Positions 47,986 through 61,599 of a stretch of DNA of 64,000 bases are shown here, piece by piece. The number at the start of each line of letters is the position of its first letter. Position 1 is the stretch's first letter. Position numbers and translations under genes: made by a program. Source of the DNA: Lama guanicoe (Eukaryota). The notes under the pieces are model-generated. The model was not told where the DNA came from. It did not search any database and worked only from the letters and a program-made list of their open reading frames with translations. The stretch spans positions 4,339,115 to 4,403,114 of the forward strand of contig MU056050.1 of assembly GCA_013239625.1 (NCBI GenBank). Reading direction: 5' to 3'.

Positions 47986-50900
47986 AGAAAGACGATTTAC
48001 AAATTTCCTCATTGCTTGTATATTTTTCATCTAACTTAATTTTTTTTGCTAAATGCAGATATTTAAAATAATTTTTGATACTGTGTTAAGGATTGCAATA
48101 AAATGTATAACAAGTCTGACTAGGAAATTAATTTTAATTCAAATACTCCTTTAGTTACAATATACCCCTACTCTGGTCCAATAGAATTTTTCTTATTAGA
48201 GTCCAAAAATACCCTTCCATATAACTCAAATATTTTTAAATACAGTCATTTGGAATCAAAGTATATATAAAAATAATATGTATTACAGAATCAACATTTT
48301 TGTGGCATGAAAGGCTGTATGCAAATAGTTGAGTTAAAAAAAGCCAGTTCTGAGATGTACAACACATCAATACCTTCTTTTAAGGAGTTTTTAAAAAAGA
48401 TAATGTAGTGCCTGTATTTGAAATCATTCCATATTATAAATATCGCTTAGCTAGAAACCTGTGATTCCCTTCCTCTTTCTTTAAATGGAATATAGTTACA
48501 CTATGTGTCAGCAAAAGCAACTCGAGCAGCAAATCCTCCCTGAGAGAAGTTAGAGGCAGGACATTCACAATGGCTTCTTTATAAGTTGGCAGGAAATATC
48601 AAAGCCAAAAAATAATACGCTACTCTGTTGAGAATAACCTGTTTCATAGGTTTAATCTCAAGGATTTAACTTGGCATTGATATTGTTATGTATGGGTATA
48701 TGTATTTTTTCAATTAAAAAAATCTGGACTCCATGGATTTTTCAACAATCATTCCATTTGTGTCAGGTAAAATACATGAGGACTCCAATCTGTGGGAAAT
48801 GGAGGACTTTTCTCTAAATCCAGGCATTTGCTAGTGTAACTTTGGAATCACCTTGACACTCAGTCGATCGGCTAAGCCAAGAGCAAATTGGCTGTTTTTT
48901 ATGGGGTATACAATCATGAGGTACTCTGCTTTGTTTATATGATTTCTAAACCACTCTTCAGCTTACACAAACGCCTTCTTTCTTATTATGGCTCCAGTTG
49001 ACCTCAGAAATACTGAATCATGAAACAGATTAGAATTTAAATGCTGTGAAAATTCATTGCCTTGAAATATTAAACAAGTTCAACCTTTTACTCTCACTCT
49101 TCGCTCCTTTGGATCTAAGGAGCATGTTTGCATCTTTACCTTACAAGGCTGGACACAATGTGCTTCTGTTGGTACAGAGCTTAAGTGTAATCTGGATGCT
49201 TATGAATTAATCAACCACCACCAGGTCAACTGGTAAAAGAAGAGTGCAAGAGAAAGTGGTTTCATAAGGAGTGACATTTGACTGAGGATCAGGATTATTG
49301 TGTTGCACGGAGTGTAGGAGGAATTTAACATCAAAAAGATCCAGAAAGAGAGAGAAAACCTGATTTCAAGGAAATCCGGCATCATGGAGAAAAAAACTAC
49401 CTGGCTTTTAGGATGTTTGCAATAAGCATGTCCAGACAGATGAAAATCCTTTCTGCTTTGAAAATGCTATTCTAACTAAACTCTAAACTCTTCTTAGGCA
49501 ATAATGGTAATAATGGCCCTCTCATCATCTGAAAATGACTTATTCACCAAATTCTCAGTGTATGGTTTCTTACCCTAGTTCTTGGCACTTAACAGATTTC
49601 TAGTATACATTTGTTGAAAAAAAATCTTCTTACAATATTTTCATAAGAGCAACATTAGCCTTAATACATAGTCAACCCCTGGTCTAACCATGTCCGCTAG
49701 ATGTTGTTTATAAGCTGGATTATGTCCCCTTCTCCGAAATTCATAATGTTGAAAATTCTAACTGGAGGCCTACCTTTAAACAAAAAATATACATTAACCA
49801 CATATCTATAAATAAGGAGGAAAGGAAGTGGAAAGTGAAGTTAAAAAGAAATGTATGAATGAATGAAGTGACTAAGTGAATGAATGAATCAATGTATAAG
49901 CAGACAGGAAAGGGGCTTTGCACAGGCTGGTGATGGATTGTGCACTGTGAACTAAGGGGTATGATTAAATCAACATTCTTCAGCTGAGCTGCAAAAGGAT
50001 AAGGAAGAAAGAGAGGAAGGGAGGGAAGAATTAAGAAAAGAAATATTCTGTCCCAGTGTACATAAATCGAAGCCCTTGGATTTAAAAATATACAACTCAA
50101 AGACATCATTTAGAGTCCTAAAGTTGGTATGTCTGTGAAACACACAACATATACAGCCAAAAAGAAATCAAGTTCAGAACATCATACCTGTTCAAAGGAA
50201 TCAATCTTCCTTTGTAATCAAAAGAACTATTGGAAGTATTAGGCTTAGGTCCTTGAATAACATTCTGGGGAAAAAAATCAGTGTGTAATTAATTTAAAAT
50301 AGGTGGAGAAAAATACTCTTATGCTGAATTCGAATGGAAAAGTTATTTTAAAAATTTCAAAACATTTAGAACCAAGCCATTTTCATCCTCTTCTCCCCCC
50401 CCCACCAAAATAATACCTTGCAATTACTAACAAATAGATACACTCAATGCTTTCCTCTATTATTTCAGACCAGTGCTAAAGCTATTTTTTAAAGAACCCT
50501 TTTAAAATAAAGGCATGGCTATAAATAGGCACTTGTGTTTGTTTAAAAACCTTATGCGTTAGGATATTTCAGGTCATTTACTGTTATTTTTGGCCAGCTT
50601 AAACACAAGCTATTTTAAAAGGCTTAATTGTTAAATACAGAAGAAGATGAAAGTAAACAAAAGAATGATTTATTATTCTTTCTGTTATAACTGAATCAGC
50701 CCTGATTTATGATAAGTTCCTTTTCATTGTACTTTTCTAATATCTTCTTCTCTCTGAGTTTAAACCCCTTTACAAAGGTTAGTTCATTTATCTTTATAAT
50801 GTCCCCTTAAGGAAGGTAGTAGGTTGTTATCACTATCTCCATGAAAAGATGAACAATAGAAGAAAAGCGGTGGCTCATAGATAAAATCACTAAGCTTTAT

Positions 50901-51404
50901 AAATTTCCATATGTCATCTGTGCTACATCACTTCATGTACCTATCTTGTGTTGTTGTCCAGCTTTTCTCATGAATATACATGTTGTCTTCACAGCTGGTG
51001 CAAAAGCTCCTTCTATTTATTAAGGCATATGCTGTGTTTTCTCCTTGCTTTGTGCTTTTTACTAATCCTAGTATATAGAGCTGCACATATGTCACGTCAC
51101 TAACAAAATGTCTGTTAATGAATGTTTATTTGGAAAGGGTGACGGTTTTGTGCCTCTTACATTACTGACATGCAAGTAAGGTACGTTCAAAACTTCACTG
51201 CCACAAATCACCCTTCATTTCCATCACAGAAGAAAATCATAGCCTTCAAGAAAGTCTTCTTTTTTAAAATCCTATAATGTGTAACATTGCTTCAATATGT
51301 AAGTTATTAATTGGGGAATAAATTTAAAAGAGCACATGAAAATGTCATAATAACACAGAATGTTACAACAGAGATTGATAGCATTCTGTGCTTGAATCTT
51401 GTAA

Positions 51405-51710
51405 GAATTAGTTTCAGTTATGCAAGATGAAATTAAGTTCTGGGGATCTAATGTACAGCAATGTGACTATAGTTAACAATACTGTATTGTATACTTGAAA
51501 TTTGCTAAAAGGGTAGATTTTAAGTGTTCTCACCACAGACAGACACACACACCCACACACACACACACAGAGTAACTATGTTTGGTGATGGATGTTAATT
51601 ATCTTGATTGTTATTATTATTTCACAGTGTATACCAAACATCAGCTTATACATCTTAAATAGGTATAATTTTCATTTGTCAATTATACCCAGTAAAACTG
51701 GGAAAAAAGA
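51405..51710 (+). mobile_element. LINE-1 (L1MA/MB-like) 3' end with (CA)n
   Basis: AAGTTCTGGGGATCTAATGTACAGCAATGTGACTATAGTTAACAATACTGTATTGTATACTTGAAATTTGCT. Confidence 0.85.
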
Positions 51711-52329
51711 GAATTGTATTAGAGTCTGAAGAGAAGGCACCATTGTTTCCTCATTCTTCATCCTCATTCTCGACTTCCCAAGCTTTTGAAGTTGACAGAA
51801 AATTTCATTCTTGTCTCCCACTTAATATTTAACTCACTTTGTGACTGCAAGAAGTTGATATGATGGAGGATATTGTACAATAATCACTAAAGATGGGAAG
51901 AATCTCTGAGAGCTGCAAGTTAAAATGGACTATCCATCTTAGACAGGGTGGGCAGATGTCACCATTGTTTAAGTATTTATTTAGAAAATCTTAACACCCT
52001 AAAAATTCTAGTGTCATTCTTTCCATGTTAGCCAAAAAAATTTCTTTAAGTAGCTCTTTTCAAAAATTTCAAGTCAGTCCTTGAAAAGAAATGTTAAATT
52101 TTAATATGCAATAAAACTTGTGTAAGGGTTTGCTCCTTGGTTTCCACTAAAAATTTTGGAAATCTGTACACAAAGTATTTGCCAACTTGGAATTTTCACT
52201 TTTTTTTAGGAATATGGATGGAAGTTATATTAATCCTTCTTAGCTCTCTATTACTATAGCATTGAACTCATTTGAATGGTGTACAAGCCCTCCATAGTGA
52301 ACTCCCATAAACGTCCCCCTTTCTAGCTC

Positions 52330-52780
52330 TCTGTTATCTCCTCATCACAGCTTTATCTGGATGCCATATGATGCTTTTTCTCACTACTATGCTTTTGTAT
52401 ACTTTGTTTTTCAGACCTGGAATGTCCTTCCTCTATTGTCTAAGATATTCTCACTCATTCTTTAATAATCATCTCAGTAACTCCTCTTCGTCAAAGTCTT
52501 CTTTAATATCTATGATCTCCTAAGCCTCAGAAGAATTGATTATTCTGAGTCCACCCCTCAAGGAGAAGTGATTATTTCATGCTTTGTGCCACCACCATAT
52601 TTTTTATAGTCTTCTATAATAGCACTTATAAAGCCACAATGCAAGTGTGTGTCTACTGGTAGGTTCCCGGGCAATATCATGATTCTCTGGACGGCAGGAA
52701 GGCAGAGACTGTATCTGACATAGAGCTCCAGGCATGTTGAGTGAGAATTCATGCATGGGAATAAATGTTCAGCAGTAGAA
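52330..52780 (+). mobile_element. Degenerate LINE-2 3' end
   Basis: CCTGGAATGTCCTTCC..GAAGGCAGAGACTGTATCT..AATAAATGTT. Confidence 0.55.
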
Positions 52781-55146
52781 TGCTTCACAGATTTTAAATA
52801 ATGATTGCTTCACCTTTCCAAGTTTTTGCTTCAACTTGTGATACAGCTTTTAATTTCTCTTTACCTTCTCTCATCAAAAATGAGATAAATTTGTTTTGCA
52901 AATAGATAAACTCTGTAAAATAAATATTTTGACAACTAGACTATACATTTTGATAAGATCGTCACTTCAGAGCTTAATGATAATGTGGAGAGGATTGTCT
53001 ATTAACAATCCATTGAGTGCCTCCACTTCTACAATATAACACATACATTTAAATTTCACATAAATATATCAGATAGTTTAAAGTCCATAAAAGGTCTGCA
53101 TTTTGTTTTAAGTACTCAGAAATCTTCTGATTTTTATGTATTGGGTAATATTCATAAAACACTAAAATATAATTATTAATAATAATGGCTTTTTTGTTGT
53201 CAAAGTCATCCTGTTCCTTGTGCAGATTTATTACTAAGTTTATGTATCATCCTGATACCATAACACTCATATAAAGCTGTGTGAGATTGTTTTAAAGATG
53301 TCTTTCTCTTAAATTTAACATATTCTTCACTAGGAAAGCAGTTTCACCTTTGTTATATTAGCTAACAAGATAATTTTAAAGAGCATTACCAAAATACAAA
53401 GAAGTAATGAATCATCATTTAACAGGTATGAAGTACAGATTAATTTTTTTGAAGTACACATTAATTGAATAAAAACGAACTTCTACAAAAGACGATTGTA
53501 TATGGCAATATTACAATATGCATCTCCATGGTACAAATTTTTAATTTATCCACAAAAGTTAGATTCAAAAAATAAGGTTACATTTTTACTTGGCCATCTA
53601 GTTGTTAAATGTATTTTTCCACAAAAATCAACGTGATCAAAAATGAGATGTTAAGACCTGTGAGTATTCTTTTACAATTTAATTTTCATGTCCTTTATAG
53701 GTACTCATGGTAAATATCTTTCATATTTTAATTAGGTCACAAGTAGATATGTAATAGAGAGATTGGATTAACCTTTAGTAAAGAAAAACATGCATTTTCA
53801 GTAGTAAATCTATTTTTCCACTATGAATGAAGCATTCTGACTGCAGTTAAGGTAAAAGAAAAATTTCACTTGATTTCACTTTACGTTATTCATTTTAACT
53901 GAATTACGTGAAAAAAAATGGCAAATATACCTATGTGAGTTTGAACTACAGAGTTTGTGGAATTGGGTTTTTTCACAACAGTCAATCAATAAATAATAAT
54001 GACAACTCTAAAGCTATGAAAAATGATTAATAATCCTGACAAAGAATGACAGCTCTTGACTAAAATCATAATAAAATCAGGAAATGCACTTTATAAAAGA
54101 AATATTTTACTTAGCAACTTCATTATCCAATATTATCATTTCAAGTAGGTGATTAATCCTCCTTACTGATAAAATTAAATTCTAATAATTGCTTTTCAAT
54201 ACAAATGCACTGCATTCACTTAAAAGAAGGCCAGTTTATTGAAGAACTCTTACTCACCCTGAATTCAAATATAGCCTTATTTCTTAGATTTATTAAGCAC
54301 CACTGAGATGACAAGCGAACATTATAAATTGCAACTTATACTACAAAATCCGGAAGAAAAAATATGCTTTATGTTCATTTTAGTGTATAACAAATTGTTT
54401 TCCTTGCCACCACAAATCATTGCTGTTTTAAATGACACTTTGCCTTTATTTAGTTTAACCTTTTCTTGAGGCTTAGGTTGGATGGTTGTGTCCTGACATG
54501 GGCAATTATTGTACAATCGTATTCTTGTTTTAGCTAAAATTGGATGAAAATAATGATCAAGATACAAGCACAGAACACTTCGTCTCAGCAAGGCTTCTTA
54601 AGAGAGTGGTTTTTGTCCCCTTTGTTTCTCTTCGTTCCTCAGCGCTAAGAGAGTTTCTGATATCACAGGTATTTAAAGAGTAAGGCAAATCATATTGTAT
54701 ACATACTTAGGTGCAAGTTTTACTTGAAAGAGAGAAACAGTTCTGTTTGTCTTTATGCACGTGCCAGTAAATCTCTTATAAACCTTAAAATATTATCTGC
54801 ATATATATTAATTCTTCTTGGACATTTTTAAAAGGAGCTATTGTTGACTCTGTTTTATAAATGATAACATATGAGCTCAAGAAAATCAAGTCGCTCCACC
54901 AGGAACCACATTCCAAAGTCCCTGATCTTTATTTATCCATGAGATCATGGTTTACTCTGTGAAATCTGTGAGCAGATTATACATGCACACACACTTGAAG
55001 GGAATCCTTCAAGTCCACCTCTTGCATGCACATGGGCCAAGCAAACATCTGACTAGAAATCTGACTAAATGAACTATACGGTCTGATGGCAAATAAATAT
55101 TCTCCCTAAGCAGGCAAGGACTTAGAATCAGATTTGAGATGTGCCT

Positions 55147-55514
55147 TGTTGACCCGAAACAAATAGACTGCCAGTTATTTCTCCAGCAAAGATGGGTTTA
55201 TTTGGGATCAGTAGAAAATTGTAATTCAGGGTCTGCAACTGTGGTGGGCCAAGTGCAAGTTCCTACACAACAAGGGAAGGGGAACGTTTTTTATAGAGCG
55301 GGAAGGGACGTTGGGAGGGCTGTAGTCAACAAAGGGTCCATGGCTTTTCCATGGCCCCAGGCCCCTATCCCATTCCTTAGCTCAGTCCTTGCCAAGAAAG
55401 AAGAGGAATCTTTCTACTCCCTGTTGGGCAGTACTATCTTCACAGGGTGTGGGAGCTCCCCCTTCTGGGAGCTCTCTATTAAACTGTGGTTTCTGTTTAT
55501 TAATTTTTTTTACA
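55147..55514 (-). mobile_element. Solo LTR, ERV1 class
   Basis: TG..CA termini, perfect 4 bp TSD GCCT (55143-55146 and 55515-55518), minus-strand TATAAAA at about 55290 and AATAAA at about 55197. Confidence 0.85.
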
Positions 55515-56191
55515 GCCTCATCAAAGGAGCTTAAAATAAAGAAATATAAGCAGTTTGACGGATCAGAAAAAAGCAAAGAGTAGAAATTTACAAGTGTTTA
55601 CTTTAGGAAGCAAGGTTATAATGTCTGATTTTACGATAGAAGTATTTATTTCCTTCTCTGCTCTATTTTTATATTTCCTTCTGTATGGGTGGCTCTAAGT
55701 GAGCAAGTGTCAGAGACCTTCAGGTAAATTGTTATTCTGAATTAGGCAGGATTTAGCCCTAAATGTGAATTGATGTAAATGTACAGTGAACAGCCCTTTG
55801 ACTATAGGTAAATTAATTAGTTGTGTGTCTGAGTGTATCATAAACCATAATAAAGATTTGTTTAAACTGAAGTTCTCTTATTTTATTGTAGCCAGTACTA
55901 TCTTCTGGTGGGTAATGTATATGTGCATTTTACTGGTTTATATTAAGTATACTTTCCTAGCTTGGACCCTCCCTTAATAATGTTTTTATACATAGAATGA
56001 ATGTACTTACAAGATACTAATACTTACTTAAGTTAAGATGTGAGAAACCATTTTGACAGAACTATAAACAGGAGCCTAACAAATAATTCGTAGATAGATC
56101 TTTCCCATTGGTGTCTGACGTTCGTACCATAGACATACAAATTCTGAGCTATGCATGCAATTATAGGGATCACAAATATTTCAATAGTAAT

Positions 56192-58910
56192 TGTCTTAGT
56201 CTATTTTGGCCGCTATAATAAAAATACTCTAAACTGGGTGGCTTATGAACAATAAACGCTTATTTCTCACAGTTCTAGAAGCTGAAAAGTCCAAGATCAT
56301 GGCACCAGCAGATTCAGTGTTTGATGGTAGCAAGTTCCTCATAGATGCCTGCCTTTTTGCTATAACCTCACATGGCAGAGGGGCAAAGGAGATTTATTAG
56401 GCTTATTTTATTAGGACATTAATCCCATTCATGAGGGCTCCACTTTCATGACCTAAGCACCTCTCCAAGGCCCCACCTCATACTTTGGGCATTAGGTTTC
56501 AACATATGAATTTGGGGGAATATGTTCAGTCCATAGCATTCTGCCTCTGGACCCCCCCAAATTCATGTCCTCTCATGTCATCAACTCAAATGTCCAAGTC
56601 CAAAGTCTGATCTAAGTATCGTCTAAATTAGATATGGGCAAGATTCAAGATATGTTTCCTCCTGAGGCAAATTGCTTTCCCTGCTGTGAACCTCTGAAAA
56701 CAAACATACTATGTGCTTAGAAAACACAATGGTGGGACAGGCATAAGGTAGACATTCTAATTTCAAAAGAGAAATAAGAAAGAAAAACGGAGTAACAGAT
56801 CTGGGATAAGACCAAAAACCTAATGGAGCAAATTAACACTAAATGCCAAGACTTGACGTCTCACTTTCTGGACACACTGGAGCCTGGTTTTGCAACGATG
56901 GCTTTGCTGGGTGCAGATCCACCAGCTGCAGGTGGATTGAAATAGTGTACCTGTGGTTCTGGGCTGGGGTCAGGAGAGTAGCCCTGTCCCCACGGCTCAG
57001 CTGGGCTTGCCCTAGTTGGGGCTTTCTCTGGTGGCTCCACCCCCCTGGCCATTCTCTGCCTGTGCCCTGAGGCTCTCTGGAGCATTCTTTGAACCATGGG
57101 GGAGCCACGCCCACAGCTTGTACACTTGGCTGGCAGGCAGGGACAGCACCTGGCTGATGCTGTCCAGGTTTACCACCTGTGCCCTCCAGAGGGGCAGCCA
57201 CACCAGCCCATACCACACCCAGGCCACCAGAGCTGCACCTTGGGCCACTGAAGAGCTCAGATCAGAACACTGGGAGCTGAGCCAGGAAATCATTCTGCCT
57301 CCCAGGCCCTTTCACTCTGGGCTGAGATGAGAGAGGAAGCCCCAGTGATCTCCAAATTGCCTTCGGGGTCACTCTTCCACTATCTTGGACATGTAAAGGT
57401 TCCCAACAGGCCTCCTCAAGATATACCACTCCAGCATGTGAATTATTTTGAGCTAAAGGCAACTGAGACTCTGCGGGCTCAAGAGAAACTACTGTCACTC
57501 TGTTAACTGCCTAGAAGTATTTAAATTGGGGATTTTTCCCAGAAGAAGAGTTATTACTGGAGATAAATTTTATCTAAGTGAACAAATCTATGTAGCAAGG
57601 TGAACATCCAAGGACCAAACATCTGCTCTTTTTCTCATCCTGTAAATGACTGTCCTGTCCTTGGAAGCCCCAGGCCCCTATCCCATTCCTTAGCTCAGGA
57701 TGGCATTTATACCTCATTTTACCTTTCTGTCTCTGAGCCTCTAGTGTATGTGTGATTCCTGTATATACAGATCCATGTGTACAAATTAAAATTTGATTTT
57801 CTCCTGCTGATCTGTATCATGTCAGTTCAATTCTTTGACCAACCAGGAAAACCTAGAAGGATAGAGGAAAGTTTTCTTCCTCCCCACCAGATAATAGGTC
57901 CTAGCTTCAGTTGAAATGATAAATCCATGCTAATTTCTTCCTCAAATTTGACTATACCCTTTGAGTTCGCTCCCAAAAGTGCTCTTTGATTTCTTTCAAT
58001 ATGGACAGCCTGAGAATTTTCCAAAATTTTAAGTTTTTTGCTTCCTTCTTGATGAATAATTCCATCTTTAAATCATTTCTCTCTGCTCACACTGTATTAT
58101 AAGCATTCAAGAGAAGCCAAGTCACACCTTCAACAATGTGCTTAGAAATTTCTTCAGCCAAATATCCAATTTCATCCCTCACAAGTTCTAACTTCCACAA
58201 AACACAACGGCATGATCACAATTCAGCCCAGCTCTTTACCACTTTATCACAAGGATCATCTTTCTTCCAGTTTCCAATATGTTCCTCATTTCCCTCTGAG
58301 ACCTCATCAGAATGACCTTTACTGTCCACGTTTCTACTAACATTCAGTGTACAACCACTTAGGTTTTCTCTAGGATGACTGAAGCTTTCTCTACAGCTTT
58401 CTTCCTCTCCTTGAGCCCTCACCAGAATCGCCCTTAATAGTCCCTTCCTGGCACTGCAGGCCTTTTTTAGCATGCACTTCAAAACTCTTCCAGCCTCTAC
58501 ACATTCCCCACTTCCAAAGCTTTCACATTTTTAGGTATTTGTTGCAGCAATACTCCACTCTTGGTACCAATTGTCCATCTTAGTCTGTTTGGGCTGCTGT
58601 AACAAAAGTACCATAAACTGAATGGCGTCTAAATAATAAACATTTATGTCTCACAATTCTAGAGGTTGGAAGTCCAAGATCAAAGAACTGGCAGATGCAA
58701 TGTCTGATGGGGATAATGTACTAATTCAGAAGGTGGCAGGTTTTTGTTGTGTCCTCACATGAAGGGGCTAGGGATGTCTCTGGAGCCTCTTTTATAAGGG
58801 CACTAATCCCACTCATGAGAGGTACACCCTCAGGACATAACCACCTCCTAATACCATCATCTTAGGGGTTAGGATTTCAACATACGAATTGAGGTGGGGG
58901 ACACATTCTT
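56192..58910 (-). mobile_element. Two-LTR MaLR (MLT1A-like) provirus: 3' LTR 56192-56538, internal region, 5' LTR about 58575-58910
   Basis: Homologous LTRs (TCTTAGTCT..CTCACA.TTCTAGA..AGTCCAAGATCA..TTTCAACATA.GAATT), MaLR-type TTGGTACCAAG next to the 5' LTR, gag-like EEHIGNWKKDDPC peptide. Confidence 0.88.
57392..57889 (+). mobile_element. Solo LTR, ERV1 class (MER34-like), nested in the MaLR internal region
   Basis: TGTAAAGGTT..ATTATTTTGAGCTAAAGGCAACTGAG..TTTTCTTCCTCCCCACCA; TSD GACA/GATA. Confidence 0.75.
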
Positions 58911-61011
58911 ATGCTGACAAAATCAAATATATTATATTTAGCATAAGTGGATCAACAGGAAAATGAAGGCATTTTATTCAGGAGGAAACAAACAAATAAA
59001 AAAAACACAAACATAATAAGCTATTCCAGACTTTCAGATTTCACATTAAGTGTTATCTAAATTCTTTCATTGAAACTGAAATGTCATAATATCAAATATT
59101 ACTGCAGGTAAGTGAACATATGTTTGAGCTTGTTAATATTTTGTAAAATGCTATCAAAATATGTTTGAAAGGTAACCATTTGGTTTCAAAGTGGCTTAAA
59201 CTTTCTTAAGTTTTCCATTACAATGAGATTCAATCTTAATGGAAACTAAGAGTATTAAAGACAAAAACTACCGATGGCCTCTTGAACACTTTCATTATAA
59301 TTATAACCTTTTCCTATTCTCACAATTTCCCCACAGTTTGCAAATAAGGTATGATCTACCAAGAGTAAAATCACTGTCTTCCTATCAATTACACTGAAAA
59401 TATTCTTAGCTAAGTGATAGCAGATAGCAATTCAGCATTGATTTCCTTTCTCTGGGTTCTGAGACCAGTTGAAACATAAATTATACACTGGATAAAGATT
59501 TGAGAAACATCACATAAAGGTACCATTCAATAGAGATCATTTGTTATTCACATAAAAATGTTAGAGAGCAACTCTTCTGAAATGTGGTAAGTAGTTTCAA
59601 ATAATTTCTAGTCACATAACTGGTTGATACCAGTTCATATGAATACATGGCCAATTACCATTAGCCTATCCAAAACTTTTCATCAGGAGACATTTTCCCT
59701 AAAAATAAATGGCCTTTATACCCACTTATGCTCCTTGGGCCATTTTTAGCATTTGCATTGTGTAGAGAATTCTTCCACATACAGGACAATTGTTAGACAA
59801 CATTTCCTCAACTATTTTATAGAATACTAATCCAGTGAGTTTCTCTATAAAAAGAAAAACAAAGTTCTTCCTGGTGAAGTATGTCTTAGAGATGTACATA
59901 CCATACCCACCTCTTCGAAATTTACAAAGCACATGACTACTTGAAAAGCTCTGAAAGGAAAGGGTTATTTCTATATTGTTTAACCTAGTATTTCTCAAAT
60001 AAATTTGTCCACAGAAAACAATTTCTTATGATATACATCCCAAGGGAACATGATAAAAATTAAAAGTGTTGGTTTGAGAAATTCTCAGAAGGAAACATTA
60101 AATATTGATTGATTAAATCTTACTAGTACTGAAATATACACATCATGGTGAAATGATGTATCAAGAAACCCAATAACATAATAAAGAATCTATTAGGTAC
60201 TTAGAAATAAAAAAGAATTTTAAAAGAATGATTGAAAGCCATGTGTAAACATGAAATATGATCTAATGATTTTTCTAAAGCTAATTCACAATAAGACTGA
60301 AAATGTCAAATTAATAATGTTCAACAAATACTTTTGTGGTGGAAAACTAAGAAAGCATATAATCTCTAAAATTTTAGTCCCATTTAAAATTAAATTCTAT
60401 GCATATTAAAAGCTTTTAATGTGATTATAGTGAGTATTGGTGAGATTGTGGGAAATAAGAATTCTCATACAATTAGGCAAAAGTATAAAGTGGTGTGTTA
60501 TTTTTAGAGTAAAATTTAGCTATATATACCAAAATTTTAAATATTATATTGATTGACCAAAAAGATCCACTGCCAGGAACTTACATTACACACATATATA
60601 CTCTATATGGAAACAAAAGTATACATATCTTTGATACAACACAACAGTGATTTTACTCTTGGTAAATCCTACTTTATTTGCAAACTGTGAGGAAATTGTG
60701 AGAATAGGAAATGATTATAATTATAATGAACGTGTTCAAGAGAACATCAGTAGTTCTTCTCTTTGATACCCTCAGCTTCTAAACACATTGAGATTGAGTC
60801 TCATTGTAATGGAACATTTAGGAAAGATTAAGCCAGTTTAAAACAAAGTGGCTATCTTTAAAAAACCAAAGGCAATATTAATATCTATTCAAAAAAGAAT
60901 TGCTATATGAATTATAGTAAATTCATACACTTGCATACTATGTTATCATCATTATCCAGGGAGATCTGGGGAATATTCTTAATAACACTGTGGTTAAGAC
61001 TATGGACTCCC

Positions 61012-61415
61012 AAAAACCGACAACATAACGCCATTTGCAGCAACATGGATGCTCCTAGAGAATGTCATTCTAAGTGAAGTAAGCCAGAAAGACAAAGAAA
61101 AATACCATATGAGATCGCTCATATGTGGAATCTAAAGACTCATGGACAGAGAATACAGACTTGTGTTTACCAGGGGGGTAGAGGGTGGGAAGGGATAGAC
61201 TGGGATTTCAAAATTGTAGAATAGATAAACAAGATTACACTGTATAGCACAGGGAAATATACACAAAATGTTATGATAAATCACAGAGAAAAAAATGTGA
61301 CAATGAGTGTGTATATGTCCATGAATGACTGAAAAATTGTGCTGAACACTGGAATTTGACACAACATTGTAAAATGATTATAAATCAATAAAAAAAATAG
61401 AAGCAAAAAAAAAAA
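61012..61415 (+). mobile_element. Young 5'-truncated LINE-1 inserted into a MIR
   Basis: GCCATTTGCAGCAACATGGATG..CATATGTGGAATCT..AATAAA plus poly-A; 16 bp TSD AAGACTATGGACTCCC (60996-61011) / AAGAGTATGGACTCCC (61416-61431); TT/AAGA endonuclease-like site; the MIR resumes to about 61590. Confidence 0.93.
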
Positions 61416-61599
61416 AAGAGTATGGACTCCCTACTCTTCTCCTTGAGTTCAGATTTTGACTATGTTACTTACTAGCTATGTGATTTGGGGAATTTATTTA
61501 ACCTCTCTTTGCATTATTTTTCTCCTCTAAAAAAAAGGAATAATAATAGTAACTAAGTCACAGGATTACAAACATGTTCGATGTTAATACATCCAAAAA

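Noticed and set aside
54535..54668. Open exon-like segment LKLDENNDQ..LISQ
   Set aside because: Its 3' half resembles a degenerate L2 tail, the donor is weak and the product is unrecognisable.
56839..57498. Cluster of overlapping GC-rich ORFs
   Set aside because: They lie within the MaLR internal region and the nested LTR, so they are repeat-derived.
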